Shown: piece after piece, positions 1 to 9,946 of the stretch
How the letters are laid out: each line of letters opens with the position of its first letter
Numbering within the stretch: position 1 is the first letter of the stretch
Assembly (NCBI GenBank): GCA_045106415.1
Contig: JBGCEP010000026.1
Location: 32,001 to 96,000, forward strand
DNA: 64,000 bases
Reading direction: 5' to 3'
Source of the DNA: Oligoflexales bacterium
GTDB taxonomy: Bacteria; Bdellovibrionota_B; Oligoflexia; Oligoflexales; Bog-1112
The notes under the pieces: generated by a model
The model's input: only the letters and a program-made list of their open reading frames with translations
What the model was told of the DNA's origin: nothing
The model's database searches: none
Program-made: the position numbers and the translations under genes

Positions 1-262
1 TTATATTTAGTCCTTCTCCAGATTCTAGAGTCGTCACTTCTGTGACGACTGTTTTTTTATAAGATCCTTCGGAGACTATTATAGATCCACTACTTAGTTT
101 AATAATTGAAGGTTCTTCAGGTACAACAACAGCTCGAGTTGTATTTGAAATTGAAGAACTTATATCAACATTAGATAAAGCGCTACGATCGGAGAGCTTC
201 TCTGACCCTTCGCAAGAAATAATGAAGAAATATAGGATGTGCAGCATGAATAAATGATTCAT
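1..262 (-). CDS. Putative lipoprotein, 5' part only (runs off window start)
   Basis: Manual translation MNHLFMLHILYFFIISCEGSEK... is open to the window edge. It has an AGGAGG RBS upstream and a lipobox-like IISC. Confidence 0.7.
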   Translation of the reverse strand, partial: MNHLFMLHILYFFIISCEGSEKLSDRSALSNVDISSSISNTTRAVVVPEEPSIIKLSSGSIIVSEGSYKKTVVTEVTTLESGEGLNI

Positions 263-289
263 TATTTAAACCTCCTTAACAATGACCAC

Positions 290-316
290 ATATCGACAGT
301 TCTGCACAATAAATTA
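290..316 (-). promoter_or_regulatory. Sigma-28-like promoter motif
   Basis: TAAT-N15-GTCGATAT on the minus strand just upstream of the 262 start; resembles TAAA-N15-GCCGATAA. Confidence 0.4.
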
Positions 317-721
317 AAATAAAAATGAAACAATTTATTTTTGTGTTAATTTTAGTAAATACCTCAATTTTTTAAGTTACTTAATGGTTTGTTCAGTTCT
401 TGTTTTTGACGATTTGAGAAATATCTTCTCTTTATTATTGTCTGATCTGGGTCCATTTTGACCTCTCCTAGTTATTGGAGGTGTCTAGGCCAAATGGGGG
501 TCACGTTCAGGTTTTGTATTGGTGATTTGATGTGAGAATATACAGTATTTAAAAATGATAAAAACATCAGATTTATATCTAGAGATTCGCGTTAAGTACT
601 TGTTTTAAAAAAACAAACGATTTATTAGCGATGTCACAATTATAAAAAAGCTCATTTCTCAAGAGTAATGACCGTACAGTTATATGTCGTTCGTATAAAA
701 ATAAAGAGAATGAGGTGTTTT

Positions 722-1177
722 ATGATTAACGATAACCAAAAATTTATTTGTGATAGCATTATTGAGAAAGAATCTGATGAATCTTCTCGTTTTCTTAAAA
801 TGATTTTATTGGATGATGACCCAATTTTCTGCCACATTTTAGAAAGACATACTAGAAAAAGAGGTATTTGGTTGGATGTTTGTTTAAATGTAGAAGAATT
901 TGCAGAGAAAATTTCATCCGATGATTATGATTTGGCTATACTTGATTATGATTTAGAAAATTATAATGGGTTACAAATAGCAAACGCATTAGGTCAGCTC
1001 CGTTCTATGATTATTAGCCGCAAAAGTCAGTGGCAAAAAAATGATTATGAATGGTCTGCAAGTATTCAAACTTTTGTACATAAAAAATATGGTGCAGACT
1101 ATATTTTAGATGTGGCGATAAATCTTGGGACAAAAAATATAGGGGAGGCATCCGATGGGCCACATACTGATTGCTGA
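722..1177 (+). CDS. Single-domain response regulator receiver
   Basis: LLDDD acidic pocket, LAILDY phosphoacceptor, and conserved S and K positions (IISR, VHKK). Start moved to ATG 722 after GAGGTG RBS. Confidence 0.8.
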   Translation: MINDNQKFICDSIIEKESDESSRFLKMILLDDDPIFCHILERHTRKRGIWLDVCLNVEEFAEKISSDDYDLAILDYDLENYNGLQIANALGQLRSMIISRKSQWQKNDYEWSASIQTFVHKKYGADYILDVAINLGTKNIGEASDGPHTDC

Positions 1178-1862
1178 TGATGTCAAAGAAATGCGAGATC
1201 TATTAGTTCAAATTGTTGAAGCGTTGGGTTATGAGGCGCTTACAGCAGAGAGTGGGCAGTCTGTTTTAATGCAATTGGAAGCTGAAGAGACTGATGTTGA
1301 TCTAGTCCTTTTAGATATTGGGATGCCGGGTTTAAATGGTATTCAAGTTACAAAAAAAATTAAAGAAAACTACCCTGATATTAAAATATGTTTTGTTTCA
1401 GGTAGTAAAGATAAGACAATGGTTGCAAGTGCTATCCAAGCAGGAGGCCATGATTATGTTGTTAAACCTGTCGACATTGTCATTCTTCGCCAGAAGATAG
1501 AAAAATTACTAGGCCGTAGCCAGGAAGATCAATTTTTAAGTGTTGAAGCGTATTTAAAAGCTGCTTTACCAAAATTTCCAATGGATATACCTCTTGTTGT
1601 TATCGAAATATCAGAAGTGGGCTTTAAGCTTCAAAGCCCACTTCCATTTCAGAAAGAAGGTCGTTTAGAAATAGCGATTCCTAAAATACAAAACAAGTTA
1701 GCAGAAGAACAACTTTTACCGTGTCAGGTGGATGAAGTTCATCAAGAAAAAGAAAGTGGGCTTTATATTCATGTTTGTTCTTTCTATGGAATACACGAAG
1801 CTGTGCGAACAGTGATTCGGTCTATGACGTTGCAAGGTAAAAAAATATTAGATGATGATTGA
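1155..1862 (+). CDS. Response regulator with C-terminal PilZ-like domain
   Basis: ILIADD, LLDIGMPGLNG and YVVKP receiver motifs. The C-terminal IEISEVG resembles the PilZ D/NxSxxG motif. Confidence 0.8.
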   Translation: MGHILIADDVKEMRDLLVQIVEALGYEALTAESGQSVLMQLEAEETDVDLVLLDIGMPGLNGIQVTKKIKENYPDIKICFVSGSKDKTMVASAIQAGGHDYVVKPVDIVILRQKIEKLLGRSQEDQFLSVEAYLKAALPKFPMDIPLVVIEISEVGFKLQSPLPFQKEGRLEIAIPKIQNKLAEEQLLPCQVDEVHQEKESGLYIHVCSFYGIHEAVRTVIRSMTLQGKKILDDD

Positions 1863-1906
1863 AATTCATCATTTTTTACTTCATGTAAAAAATTTTTATA
1901 TAAATA

Positions 1907-1939
1907 AAAAAGCAAGACTGTTTTTACAGCCTTGCTTTT
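1907..1939 (+). terminator. Rho-independent terminator
   Basis: AAAAGCAAGACTGT-TTTT-ACAGCCTTGCTTTT imperfect hairpin downstream of the 1862 stop. Confidence 0.65.
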
Positions 1940-2388
1940 AAAATTTAGGTCTGATGGCCATAGAGTGATCTTTATAGAGATTTCTAACTAGTTTGATAAT
2001 CTTAGGTAATTTGATTGTGTTTATCACTGTTTATAGATTTTTTAATACTAGATCGAATTTTTATTTTTCCCTGACGATTAAAGGATCAGGTGAATCAATT
2101 CTACAGAATTTATGACATTTTTCTCTTAAATCTGTATGAATGATTTTAAGGGCATTAAAATTTTTACCATCAAGAGTATGTGACCTAAGAGTCTGTCTAG
2201 AGAATAGTTCTGTGTATGATAGTTCGAGCTCTATGAACATTATTTCTTCTGAGAATAAAGATGTGGTTGAAATTACGTGGGTTTTGGATGCTGTGGAAGA
2301 AGAGTAATTTTCAAAATTATATTTTTGTAATATTTAACATATGTTTTAAACTGTGCTCGTCATATGAAAATGATAAATTGTTAGCATG

Positions 2389-3615
2389 TGAGCACCCTTA
2401 ATTTTTCGGACTCCTTTTCAACATAGTTTCCGGCGCGGGAAATAGCCCTAAGAGGTGAGTCATAATGTAATCAGACCAACGGAAAAAGAGCATAATATTT
2501 CTCTAAAAATTTAAGAAAGATGCGATCCATCTTGTCATTGAGACGGAGGCAGGCAATCAAAAAAATAGATGAAAATATTTGCGTTGGAAATAAGTTTTTT
2601 AGGACATAGTGGGTAAAAGCTGAAAGCAAGCGCAAACAAACATAGCTACGTACAATGTAGCCATGTTTCTCAAAGAGCTTGAAGCAGAGGTCTAGCTGCT
2701 TAAATTAGATCGAGAAATCTTAAAAAAATATGGCGTACATCATTCTCGTCTAAGAATGACGTGTATTTTCATATTTGATTACTGTCAAAATGGATAAATA
2801 CAGTTGTATGTAAAACTCTAAAGGCTTCAAAAAGAGTTTGTTATCATTGATAAATTTTGGTTTTAATCAAGGTGAACTGAACCGAACTAAAATAGAATGA
2901 TTGATAAGGTTTTTGAAAATTTTCGTTTTTATAAATAAATACGAGCTATGAGCATATGCATCATGAAAGAAAAAAATGAAAGGGTTATGAGAGAAAATAA
3001 TCTTCGGACAAAGAAAAGGCGACGATTTGTCAAAACAACTGACCCCCCTCATAAAATACCTCTATGATCCAATCTTGTGCAAAAAAATCGACCAAGGAGC
3101 TCCAAAAAATTTTCTTGTCTGGGATCACAGATATTCCAACGAAGTCTGACTGGATATACTTAGCTTTTATTATGGATGCTCATGCTAGAAAAATCGCTGG
3201 CTGGGACCTCAAAAAGCATATGAAGAAAAGTCTAATGATAGGAGCCTTTAGGCTAGTTCTGTGTGGTTTTTAACATAAACCACATGAGGTTGCTCGTCAT
3301 TCTGGCTGTTGTTATCAATACGCATAAGCTCTGTTTATCGTAGAATTTAAAAAAACATGAGCTGAAATAGAGTATGAATGGAGAAGGTGATTGTTGAAGT
3401 AACGTCTCAGTGGAAAGTTATTAAAATAGCGCATGTCTCATAGAAAATTTGAGAATCTAGCCAGAACACAATTATCAATATTTGAATGGATTGAAATTTT
3501 CTATAGAAGACAGCGTCTTCACTTATTTTTAGGGTATAAAATTCAGCTTTATTGAACTTAATATAGATGGAAAAAATTGCTTAAATGGAGTGTCAGAAAA
3601 AAGAGTGAAAAATCA
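2389..3615 (+). mobile_element. Degenerate IS3-family insertion sequence (transposase pseudogene)
   Basis: orfA remnant ELEAEV*LLKLDREILKK with an A-run at the usual frameshift site (~2720). orfB integrase-core fragment ITDIPTKSDWIYLAFIMDAHARKIAGW (3064-3273). TG...CA ends with imperfect IRs, ~1.2 kb, many stops. Confidence 0.8.
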
Positions 3616-3702
3616 CTACCTTCGTTGAAGCAAAAATTTTATTGTAAATCTACGCAGGTAGAATTAAGTAAATTCACCGCAGCGGTGGCGTCTAAGGTCA
3701 TA

Positions 3703-3740
3703 CAAAAAACCCCTTGTAACTCATAGTTTTACAAGGGGTT
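3703..3740 (-). terminator. Rho-independent terminator of the 7246-3765 operon
   Basis: AACCCCTTGTAA-N9-TTACAAGGGGTT perfect stem followed by a T-tract on the minus strand. Confidence 0.8.
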
Positions 3741-3764
3741 CCTCCTTAGGTGGATGTAGAGCTT

Positions 3765-5213
3765 TTATCCAGCAGCGGGAGCAGCTTCTTCTACACCCTC
3801 ATCAACAAAGACATACTCAGAGTCGTTTGCGTTAAATTCAGCATTTGATATTGGGGAATCAGGGTAAAATTTAGCGATATCGATTTTCCCTTCATGAAAC
3901 TTTTGAAAGTTTGCAACAAGAACTGATGCGCAAGCTTCAGGGCTTGTGCTTACTTTGTTTGCTGCGTTATCGACAGAGCCACCTCCATCAGACTTAAAAG
4001 CTCCAATTTGGTTTCTTGCAAATTTAGGGCGGCCTGCTGGATCTGCGCAAAACGCCATAGCAGCACTACGTTGACCTGAGTCAGCTCGGAAAGCTAGTTT
4101 ATTTACTGTACCGTCAGACTCTGCGTTATTTCCTGCTGCAACACCACCGTCAGTTGTGATTGTCACCATAATTTTTCTGTTTTCGAGAAGAGCCAATCTT
4201 AATGCCCGACCGACTGCTTCACCAACTTCGACGTTTTTTGCGTGGGTTGATGTCACGCCTCGATTGTGATAATCACCACCGCCAATTTCAAACGCTGCAG
4301 CTCCAGCCGTTCCTGAAACAACAGACCAAGCAAGAGCAGCATCTTGACTCGTAGCGTCGGTAAACGCTGTTGCAACATTAGCGCTTGGTTGAACGCTAGA
4401 AGCATCTGCAGAAAAGAGTGCTTGTGAATCAACGTGACCACACCGAATTAATTCTTCAAGTTGTTTATCAGGTGCTAGCATTAAAAACTTTTTCAGCTGT
4501 GTTTCACTGAGATTTTGAATCGCCTTTAAAAGTTTATCGCGCCCAGCAGCTCCAAATCGAGTTGTTAAAGGTCCTGGTGTAACAAGTCCTGTTAAGTCAT
4601 TAGCGGAGCTGACAATAACTGGAGCAGCGCCAAGTTGAAAAGGAGAATTATGGCGTCCACCTGAAGCTTTATTTCTTGCACCAGTAAGAGATGTGTATCG
4701 ACCTTGAGAAACCATTGCCATACCTGGAGCAACACCTAATAAGTTATTGCCGCTGTCATCGTCGGATACAGTGCAAACAATAGCTGAGTTGACCTTAGCC
4801 ATGAGCAGAGGGTCGTTACCCATCCCTGCTTTTAAACCTTGTAAAAGAGGGCTGTTGACGTGCATCTCTAGACCAAAAGTACTGTCAATAAACGCCGCGT
4901 TTGAAGGGTGCAGTTCATCTGGAAGACCTAATGCAGAATAACTTGTGAGGAGCTCTCCTGCAGTTGTGCGAACAACGACATCATTACCTGCTAGGTTAAT
5001 TCCACCAGAGGCATCAATAGCGTATGCTGCTGCACCAGCAAGGTTTGCTCCTCCTTCAGATGCACAAGCTCCGTAGAGTTGTTCTGTTCTTAAAAGAGCA
5101 TATAAACTTGGTAAAGCTGCAGCTCCAACACCTGTTATAAAACCGTGTGATAAAAAATCTCGTCTTGTTTTGAGAATGTGACCATTATATTTTACTTTTT
5201 TAAATCGAGACAT
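3765..5213 (-). CDS. Twin-arginine (Tat) exported protein, divergent DUF1501/DUF1552-like
   Basis: TRRDFL plus hydrophobic stretch. IDASGG and GGGDYH parallel DUF1501 xxGG and GGxDTH. Start 5213 follows an AAGGAG RBS. Confidence 0.7.
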   Translation of the reverse strand: MSRFKKVKYNGHILKTRRDFLSHGFITGVGAAALPSLYALLRTEQLYGACASEGGANLAGAAAYAIDASGGINLAGNDVVVRTTAGELLTSYSALGLPDELHPSNAAFIDSTFGLEMHVNSPLLQGLKAGMGNDPLLMAKVNSAIVCTVSDDDSGNNLLGVAPGMAMVSQGRYTSLTGARNKASGGRHNSPFQLGAAPVIVSSANDLTGLVTPGPLTTRFGAAGRDKLLKAIQNLSETQLKKFLMLAPDKQLEELIRCGHVDSQALFSADASSVQPSANVATAFTDATSQDAALAWSVVSGTAGAAAFEIGGGDYHNRGVTSTHAKNVEVGEAVGRALRLALLENRKIMVTITTDGGVAAGNNAESDGTVNKLAFRADSGQRSAAMAFCADPAGRPKFARNQIGAFKSDGGGSVDNAANKVSTSPEACASVLVANFQKFHEGKIDIAKFYPDSPISNAEFNANDSEYVFVDEGVEEAAPAAG

Positions 5214-5238
5214 AAACTCTCCTTTCTGCTGTTGGTTC

Positions 5239-6000
5239 TTATTGTTCAAACAGTACGTCAGTTGAAGACATCACCTGAACCAGAAGAGCAATACTGATGT
5301 CTGTGGTTGAAATGTTATCCGCAAGTAAACCTGTAACAAGTTCGTTCATTGCTTTTTCTTGTTCTGCTTGGTCGATAACTGTTCCTCGGCCAACTTCACT
5401 AAGGATGCTTTTGAAGATTGTTGATCTTCCGGCTGTACTATAGACAGTAGCTGCTGCCCCGGTGAGATCTGTTGTTCCGAAAAAACGAGCACGGATTGTT
5501 GCGTCAGCAACAATTTGTTCTGCAAGTGAGTGTGCGAGTTTAATGACAGCTTGCTGAACTGTTCCACCAAACTCAGCTGGGCTAAAACCTCTTGGGAGCA
5601 GAGAATTTACACTTGCAAGAACAGCTGCTGTTGGCGCAGGCCATGTTGTAAATCCAGAAACACTTAAAAGAGTGCTTTCAATGCCCCGGAAGTTGCGAAG
5701 CATCATACCTGAGGGTATGTCTTCTACAGCAGCTCCTAAGTCGGCATCTGGGTCAAACGGACCGCTGGGAATGTCAGCTGTATCTTCGCCTCCATCACCG
5801 TTTCCATTTTTTCCGTTTGATTTAGAGCTGTTAGATCCTTTGGTTTTTGAGTCGTATTCTAAATCACTACCTTGGCCAATAGAACCAGATTTTTGTGCGG
5901 CTGTACCTGCTCCACTTCCCGATCTATGGTCAGCGGAGTCACAACCCCAAAAACCAAGAGAGGCAAGTAGAATGATATGGAACCCTTTTTTCATTAACAT
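5239..6000 (-). CDS. Lipoprotein with G/S/N-rich linker and helical C-terminal domain
   Basis: Signal peptide ending GFWGC and a low-complexity linker. The C-terminus resembles that of the 58599 lipoprotein. Confidence 0.75.
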   Translation of the reverse strand: MLMKKGFHIILLASLGFWGCDSADHRSGSGAGTAAQKSGSIGQGSDLEYDSKTKGSNSSKSNGKNGNGDGGEDTADIPSGPFDPDADLGAAVEDIPSGMMLRNFRGIESTLLSVSGFTTWPAPTAAVLASVNSLLPRGFSPAEFGGTVQQAVIKLAHSLAEQIVADATIRARFFGTTDLTGAAATVYSTAGRSTIFKSILSEVGRGTVIDQAEQEKAMNELVTGLLADNISTTDISIALLVQVMSSTDVLFEQ

Positions 6001-6019
6001 AATTATTCCTCTCTTTAAT

Positions 6020-7246
6020 TTATTTAATACATTTCACAGCGGCGTCGATGAATAACTGTTTGAAGTTTTTGTGTTTATCTCGGAAATCTTGCCCCATTTG
6101 ATGGATTGCAAGTTCAATTTGCTTTTTTGCTTTAGGGTTGGCTGCCGTTTGTGGTGTTACATTACAAACATGTTTTACAGCATAGAATGCAAATGCATCT
6201 GAAAAAGCATTTGTTCTAGCGAGCATTTCACCCCATGCGCTAAGGCCTTGTCCAGCTATTTGGCCGTTAACAATATTTCCTCTCCAGCCAATGATTTCAT
6301 TTTTTCCTGTAACCCATTTATTGATCCATTTATCGTCAACAACTCGACGAGCGTCAGGGAATACAGAAACGTTGCGGTTCATCTTAGGCTGAACAACACC
6401 AGGAGTGTATTCAAGGAAACCGTCTTCAGGTGTCTCACTTTGGCCAGGTTTAAAGTCATAATAGGCAGCGAAGTCACCCATAGCATCCATACCTGAGTGG
6501 CAGCCAGAACATTTTGAGATGAAAAGATTAGAGTCACCACCAGGAGCGCGATCAACATCAGCGCGGATACTGCTGTCTTCAACTGTATTGTCATGAAATG
6601 ACTCAAGCTCTTTTTCTAAGAAGTAACGGTATGCAAATTTAATAACAGCTCTGTTTGTACCGTCAAAAAAGAATGTTTGTGCAAAGCCTCGTGTACTCAA
6701 AACCCCAGAGACACCACCCGCTGGCATACCTGTTACAGTAGATTGTTTCCCCTTGATAAGGTCAGTTTTTAAATTGAAACCCGTCCCGCCTCCTAATGGA
6801 TCTAGTTGCTGTGTCATTTCTTCATAGTGAGTATTGTTTGTTGTGGCATATGGAGTTTGTATGTCTGAACCTGTATAAATAATGTCATCTGACAGTATTT
6901 TAAAGAAATCGCAGGTTGAGTCGTTAACACAACCAATGAGAGTAACGATCGTGTCGTTGAGGGGGCCGTCAACACTTGCTTCTTCATTTGTAAATGGACG
7001 GAATAAGTTGACAAGCCTTACGGATAGGAAGGCTGTATGGTCAACAGCGATTTTTGCGGCTTCCTCAGGTTTGTTTGCTTCAATGTGAGCTTCCATTTGA
7101 TCAATGATAGCCGTTGAAGGCGCTGCAACGCCGGTAATCCTCGAAAACATACGTTTTGCCGTATCTCTAGGGGCCGCGTGAGCCTCCAAACACAACAGAC
7201 CTGTGGCGGCAATACTCACAAGTAAGCTCGACTTCCATCGCATCAT
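6020..7246 (-). CDS. Secreted monoheme c protein, DUF1549/DUF1588/DUF1585-like
   Basis: Sec signal ending AHA; AKRMFSRITGVAAPS; GVLSTRGF...GTNRA; CSGCH heme motif. Confidence 0.75.
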   Translation of the reverse strand: MMRWKSSLLVSIAATGLLCLEAHAAPRDTAKRMFSRITGVAAPSTAIIDQMEAHIEANKPEEAAKIAVDHTAFLSVRLVNLFRPFTNEEASVDGPLNDTIVTLIGCVNDSTCDFFKILSDDIIYTGSDIQTPYATTNNTHYEEMTQQLDPLGGGTGFNLKTDLIKGKQSTVTGMPAGGVSGVLSTRGFAQTFFFDGTNRAVIKFAYRYFLEKELESFHDNTVEDSSIRADVDRAPGGDSNLFISKCSGCHSGMDAMGDFAAYYDFKPGQSETPEDGFLEYTPGVVQPKMNRNVSVFPDARRVVDDKWINKWVTGKNEIIGWRGNIVNGQIAGQGLSAWGEMLARTNAFSDAFAFYAVKHVCNVTPQTAANPKAKKQIELAIHQMGQDFRDKHKNFKQLFIDAAVKCIK

Positions 7247-7308
7247 TCATTTCTCCTTGTAGGACGAATCAGACGATCTAACACACACACCGTGCTTAGA
7301 CATAAACT

Positions 7309-7335
7309 CTTTCGGCTTTTGGCTATCTATTTTTA
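7309..7335 (-). promoter_or_regulatory. Sigma-28 (FliA)-like promoter of the 7246-3765 operon
   Basis: TAAA-N15-GCCGAAAG, a near-consensus match. Confidence 0.6.
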
Positions 7336-7518
7336 AGGTTAAATAAAGATTATTTATTAAACGCTATGATATCAGTGTGTTCTCTTGATCTCGCGAGGAG
7401 CTAGAAACCAACTTTTATCTGAGGACACCGATATAGATTTACTATCTAGTCGCGTTAATAAAAATCCATGTCTCAAAAGTCGATGTGTGCTATAAGGAGT
7501 TGTGTTATTGGAGTGTTT

Positions 7519-8340
7519 ATGAAGATTTTTATTTTGCTTTTTATTAATTTTTCAATGTTTTTTTGTTTGCAGGCGGTGGAGGCGACTCCCTCCATAAAAA
7601 GAGAATTGTCAGGTATTAAGAAAAAGCCACATGATATAAAATTGTTAAAGGATAAGACTTCAAATATTTTACTTTATGAAGAGAGACTTTTGTCTCCATA
7701 TTTAAATTCAGAGGATCTTTATGCTTTTCAAACGCTGAGCTTGCAAATCAAAAATATGGTGGTGCCCTCTTTGCATCGCCTGCAATTAAATCAGGGGTTT
7801 AGAGAAGATGTTTTTTTTAAAATGTTGCGATCTGCAACGCGTGTTGTACAAAAAGAAATGTCTGTGAGTTCTAGTGATTTATTTTTAGCAACGTACTTAT
7901 TTTTGAGTCGTTTAAGTATCCACAGCGTAAAGGGCAAGGTGGATCAAATGAAGTTTCCTATGCATTTGAGGAATCCGGTCGATAGAATGAGAATTCCCCC
8001 GCCTCAAGCTGGAGGTGGGATTCAAAGTATTGATGCGTGTCTTTTGTTTCTTCAACAAAAAATTCCAATGGTGGCAAAGACTTATTTATTTCGTATTGCG
8101 AAAAATTACCAGCTAACTTCGAAATCAATGGCAGAGCTTCGCTGCTCTTCTGTAAATGAAATGTTTTCACCTCTTCATTTGAAATATGTATTTTCTCTTT
8201 GGCGAGATGCCCTTTTGTCGGTGAAACAACATTCGTGGGAAAGTTTTGAGATTTTTGAAAACACTCTCATATTAAACGAAAATGATTTGTCGAACTTTCC
8301 TTTTTGTAAAATCTTTTATAATCTTCAATCTCGGCTGTGA
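7519..8340 (+). CDS. Hypothetical secreted protein
   Basis: Long ORF with a signal-like N-terminus MKIFILLFINFSMFFCLQAVEA after GGAG. Confidence 0.65.
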   Translation: MKIFILLFINFSMFFCLQAVEATPSIKRELSGIKKKPHDIKLLKDKTSNILLYEERLLSPYLNSEDLYAFQTLSLQIKNMVVPSLHRLQLNQGFREDVFFKMLRSATRVVQKEMSVSSSDLFLATYLFLSRLSIHSVKGKVDQMKFPMHLRNPVDRMRIPPPQAGGGIQSIDACLLFLQQKIPMVAKTYLFRIAKNYQLTSKSMAELRCSSVNEMFSPLHLKYVFSLWRDALLSVKQHSWESFEIFENTLILNENDLSNFPFCKIFYNLQSRL

Positions 8341-8538
8341 ATTTATTTTTTCTACGTTTATAGTTTGAAATATTTTTCAAAGAAATTTTATGAAGAAAGT
8401 GTTGCGCAGATAATGTGTTTGTGTTGAGTTTTATACAGTGAATTTATTATGAATTATTGAAAATTAAGCATTTTTCTTTTTGTCGTGTCTTTGTATTATG
8501 GCTGTTAGCATTTTAAACTATTATTTTTTTGATGATCC

Positions 8539-9003
8539 ATGGAAATTATGATGAATAGCGCAGAGGTTGTGGCATCGATTACAAAGTCATACCAAGATAT
8601 TGTCGTGAAAAAAGCTTATGGTGAAACAACTTTTTTTTATAATAAAAACTTGATTTTGCCTCATGGTGCCTATTTTTTAACGATTAAAGAACAAGACGGG
8701 CCAAATGATAAGCAGTCATGTCTTTATCGTGATTCGGTGTATCGATTGTCTTGGTGTATTGGTCGCAAGAAATATCAGGAAATTTTTGGCGACGTGCCAA
8801 AAAGGAAAAAGAAAAATGACCTGAACCTAGATGCTGATTTCTCAAAAATAAATAAGTTGTTGCCTCATCCTATTTATTCTTGGATGTCATGGGTGATGCT
8901 TTTGTCACCAGATCAAAAAACCTTTCAAAAATACAGCGCCTTGATTGACATAAGCTATCAACAGGCGGTCGAAAAATTTCAACATCGGATGAGATCGAAT
9001 TAA
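8539..9003 (+). CDS. DUF6194-like protein
   Basis: AYGETTFFYN...HGAYFLTIKEQDGPND...LLPHPIYSWMSWV motif pattern. Confidence 0.7.
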   Translation: MEIMMNSAEVVASITKSYQDIVVKKAYGETTFFYNKNLILPHGAYFLTIKEQDGPNDKQSCLYRDSVYRLSWCIGRKKYQEIFGDVPKRKKKNDLNLDADFSKINKLLPHPIYSWMSWVMLLSPDQKTFQKYSALIDISYQQAVEKFQHRMRSN

Positions 9004-9061
9004 ATCTTTTAGAATCCTACGCTCTGTTATAATTGTTTTATAAAATTATGATGGAGATGGT

Positions 9062-9922
9062 ATGTTTTTGCGATTTTTTTCAGTGTGTTTCTTGTTATGG
9101 GTCATAGGGTGTGATGATCCACATAAAGAGGAAATAGGATCTGTTACCGCGGAGTTGAAAAGCACGAAGCTATCAAGTCAAAGTTTAGCTTTGGCCGATG
9201 GTGTTGTTTTAAAAAATATAACAGGCCTCGCCGACTCCTTAGGGTTTAACTTTACAGAAGATCTTGCGTGTGGTTTCAATGTGTGGGGGGCAGATAGCCA
9301 AACAACAAAGTCAGGCTTAGAAGGCAGAAGTTATGAAAAATTTAATCTTGGAGACCCTGTTTCGTGGGAGTCAATTGGTGGGGGGCTCCAAGGAGATTGT
9401 GATTCGGCTGTTGTTGCGCAAGTTGAATCGTACTTTGTTTATATGGACTTACATCTTACTGTCGATGGGGTTGAAAAGACGGTGAGAGCTTATATGGGGC
9501 AGCAGGCACCTTTTGAGGCGGGAGATATTGTTTTAAAAAATGGAGAAATACTTTCTTGGTATGATAAAGATGCTGAGGCTTTGGTGCCGTCTTCTGTAGC
9601 TCGTCCTGCAAATCCAGCTCGCTTTGTTTTGACTAAAGAGGTGCCGTGGTATGACAATAATGGGACTGAGAAAATTGTCATGATGGAATTTCGTATGAAT
9701 ACGGATGTTTCGACATATACAGTCACTAAGCAAACAGGTCATGTCGTCATCGATGTCGATTTCACAAACTCTGGTTTATCCATCCCAGATACGAGTGATG
9801 ATGCGAGTTTATTAAAAACGATTCAATTACCATTTTTAGAGACTGATAATTATAACAGCCTTTTGATTGCTTCGTTGACCTTGTTTGAAGATCGGCCGGA
9901 CGATACGCTTGTGAAGGAATAA
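9062..9922 (+). CDS. Hypothetical lipoprotein
   Basis: Signal peptide with VIGC lipobox; GGAG RBS. Confidence 0.75.
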   Translation: MFLRFFSVCFLLWVIGCDDPHKEEIGSVTAELKSTKLSSQSLALADGVVLKNITGLADSLGFNFTEDLACGFNVWGADSQTTKSGLEGRSYEKFNLGDPVSWESIGGGLQGDCDSAVVAQVESYFVYMDLHLTVDGVEKTVRAYMGQQAPFEAGDIVLKNGEILSWYDKDAEALVPSSVARPANPARFVLTKEVPWYDNNGTEKIVMMEFRMNTDVSTYTVTKQTGHVVIDVDFTNSGLSIPDTSDDASLLKTIQLPFLETDNYNSLLIASLTLFEDRPDDTLVKE

Positions 9923-9946
9923 AGTTCACTATGAATCGTTGTTGTC

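Noticed and set aside
29..58. Hairpin AGTCGTCAC-TTCT-GTGACGACT plus T-run resembling a terminator
   Set aside because: It lies inside the minus-strand lipoprotein CDS, with no plus-strand gene visible to terminate.
3765..5213. Type II secretion GspF label, which I recall being attached to similar proteins
   Set aside because: This is a soluble Tat-type protein lacking the GspF multi-TM architecture, and no other T2SS genes are present.
7281..7290. (AC)5 microsatellite in the operon leader
   Set aside because: Too short to support phase variation.
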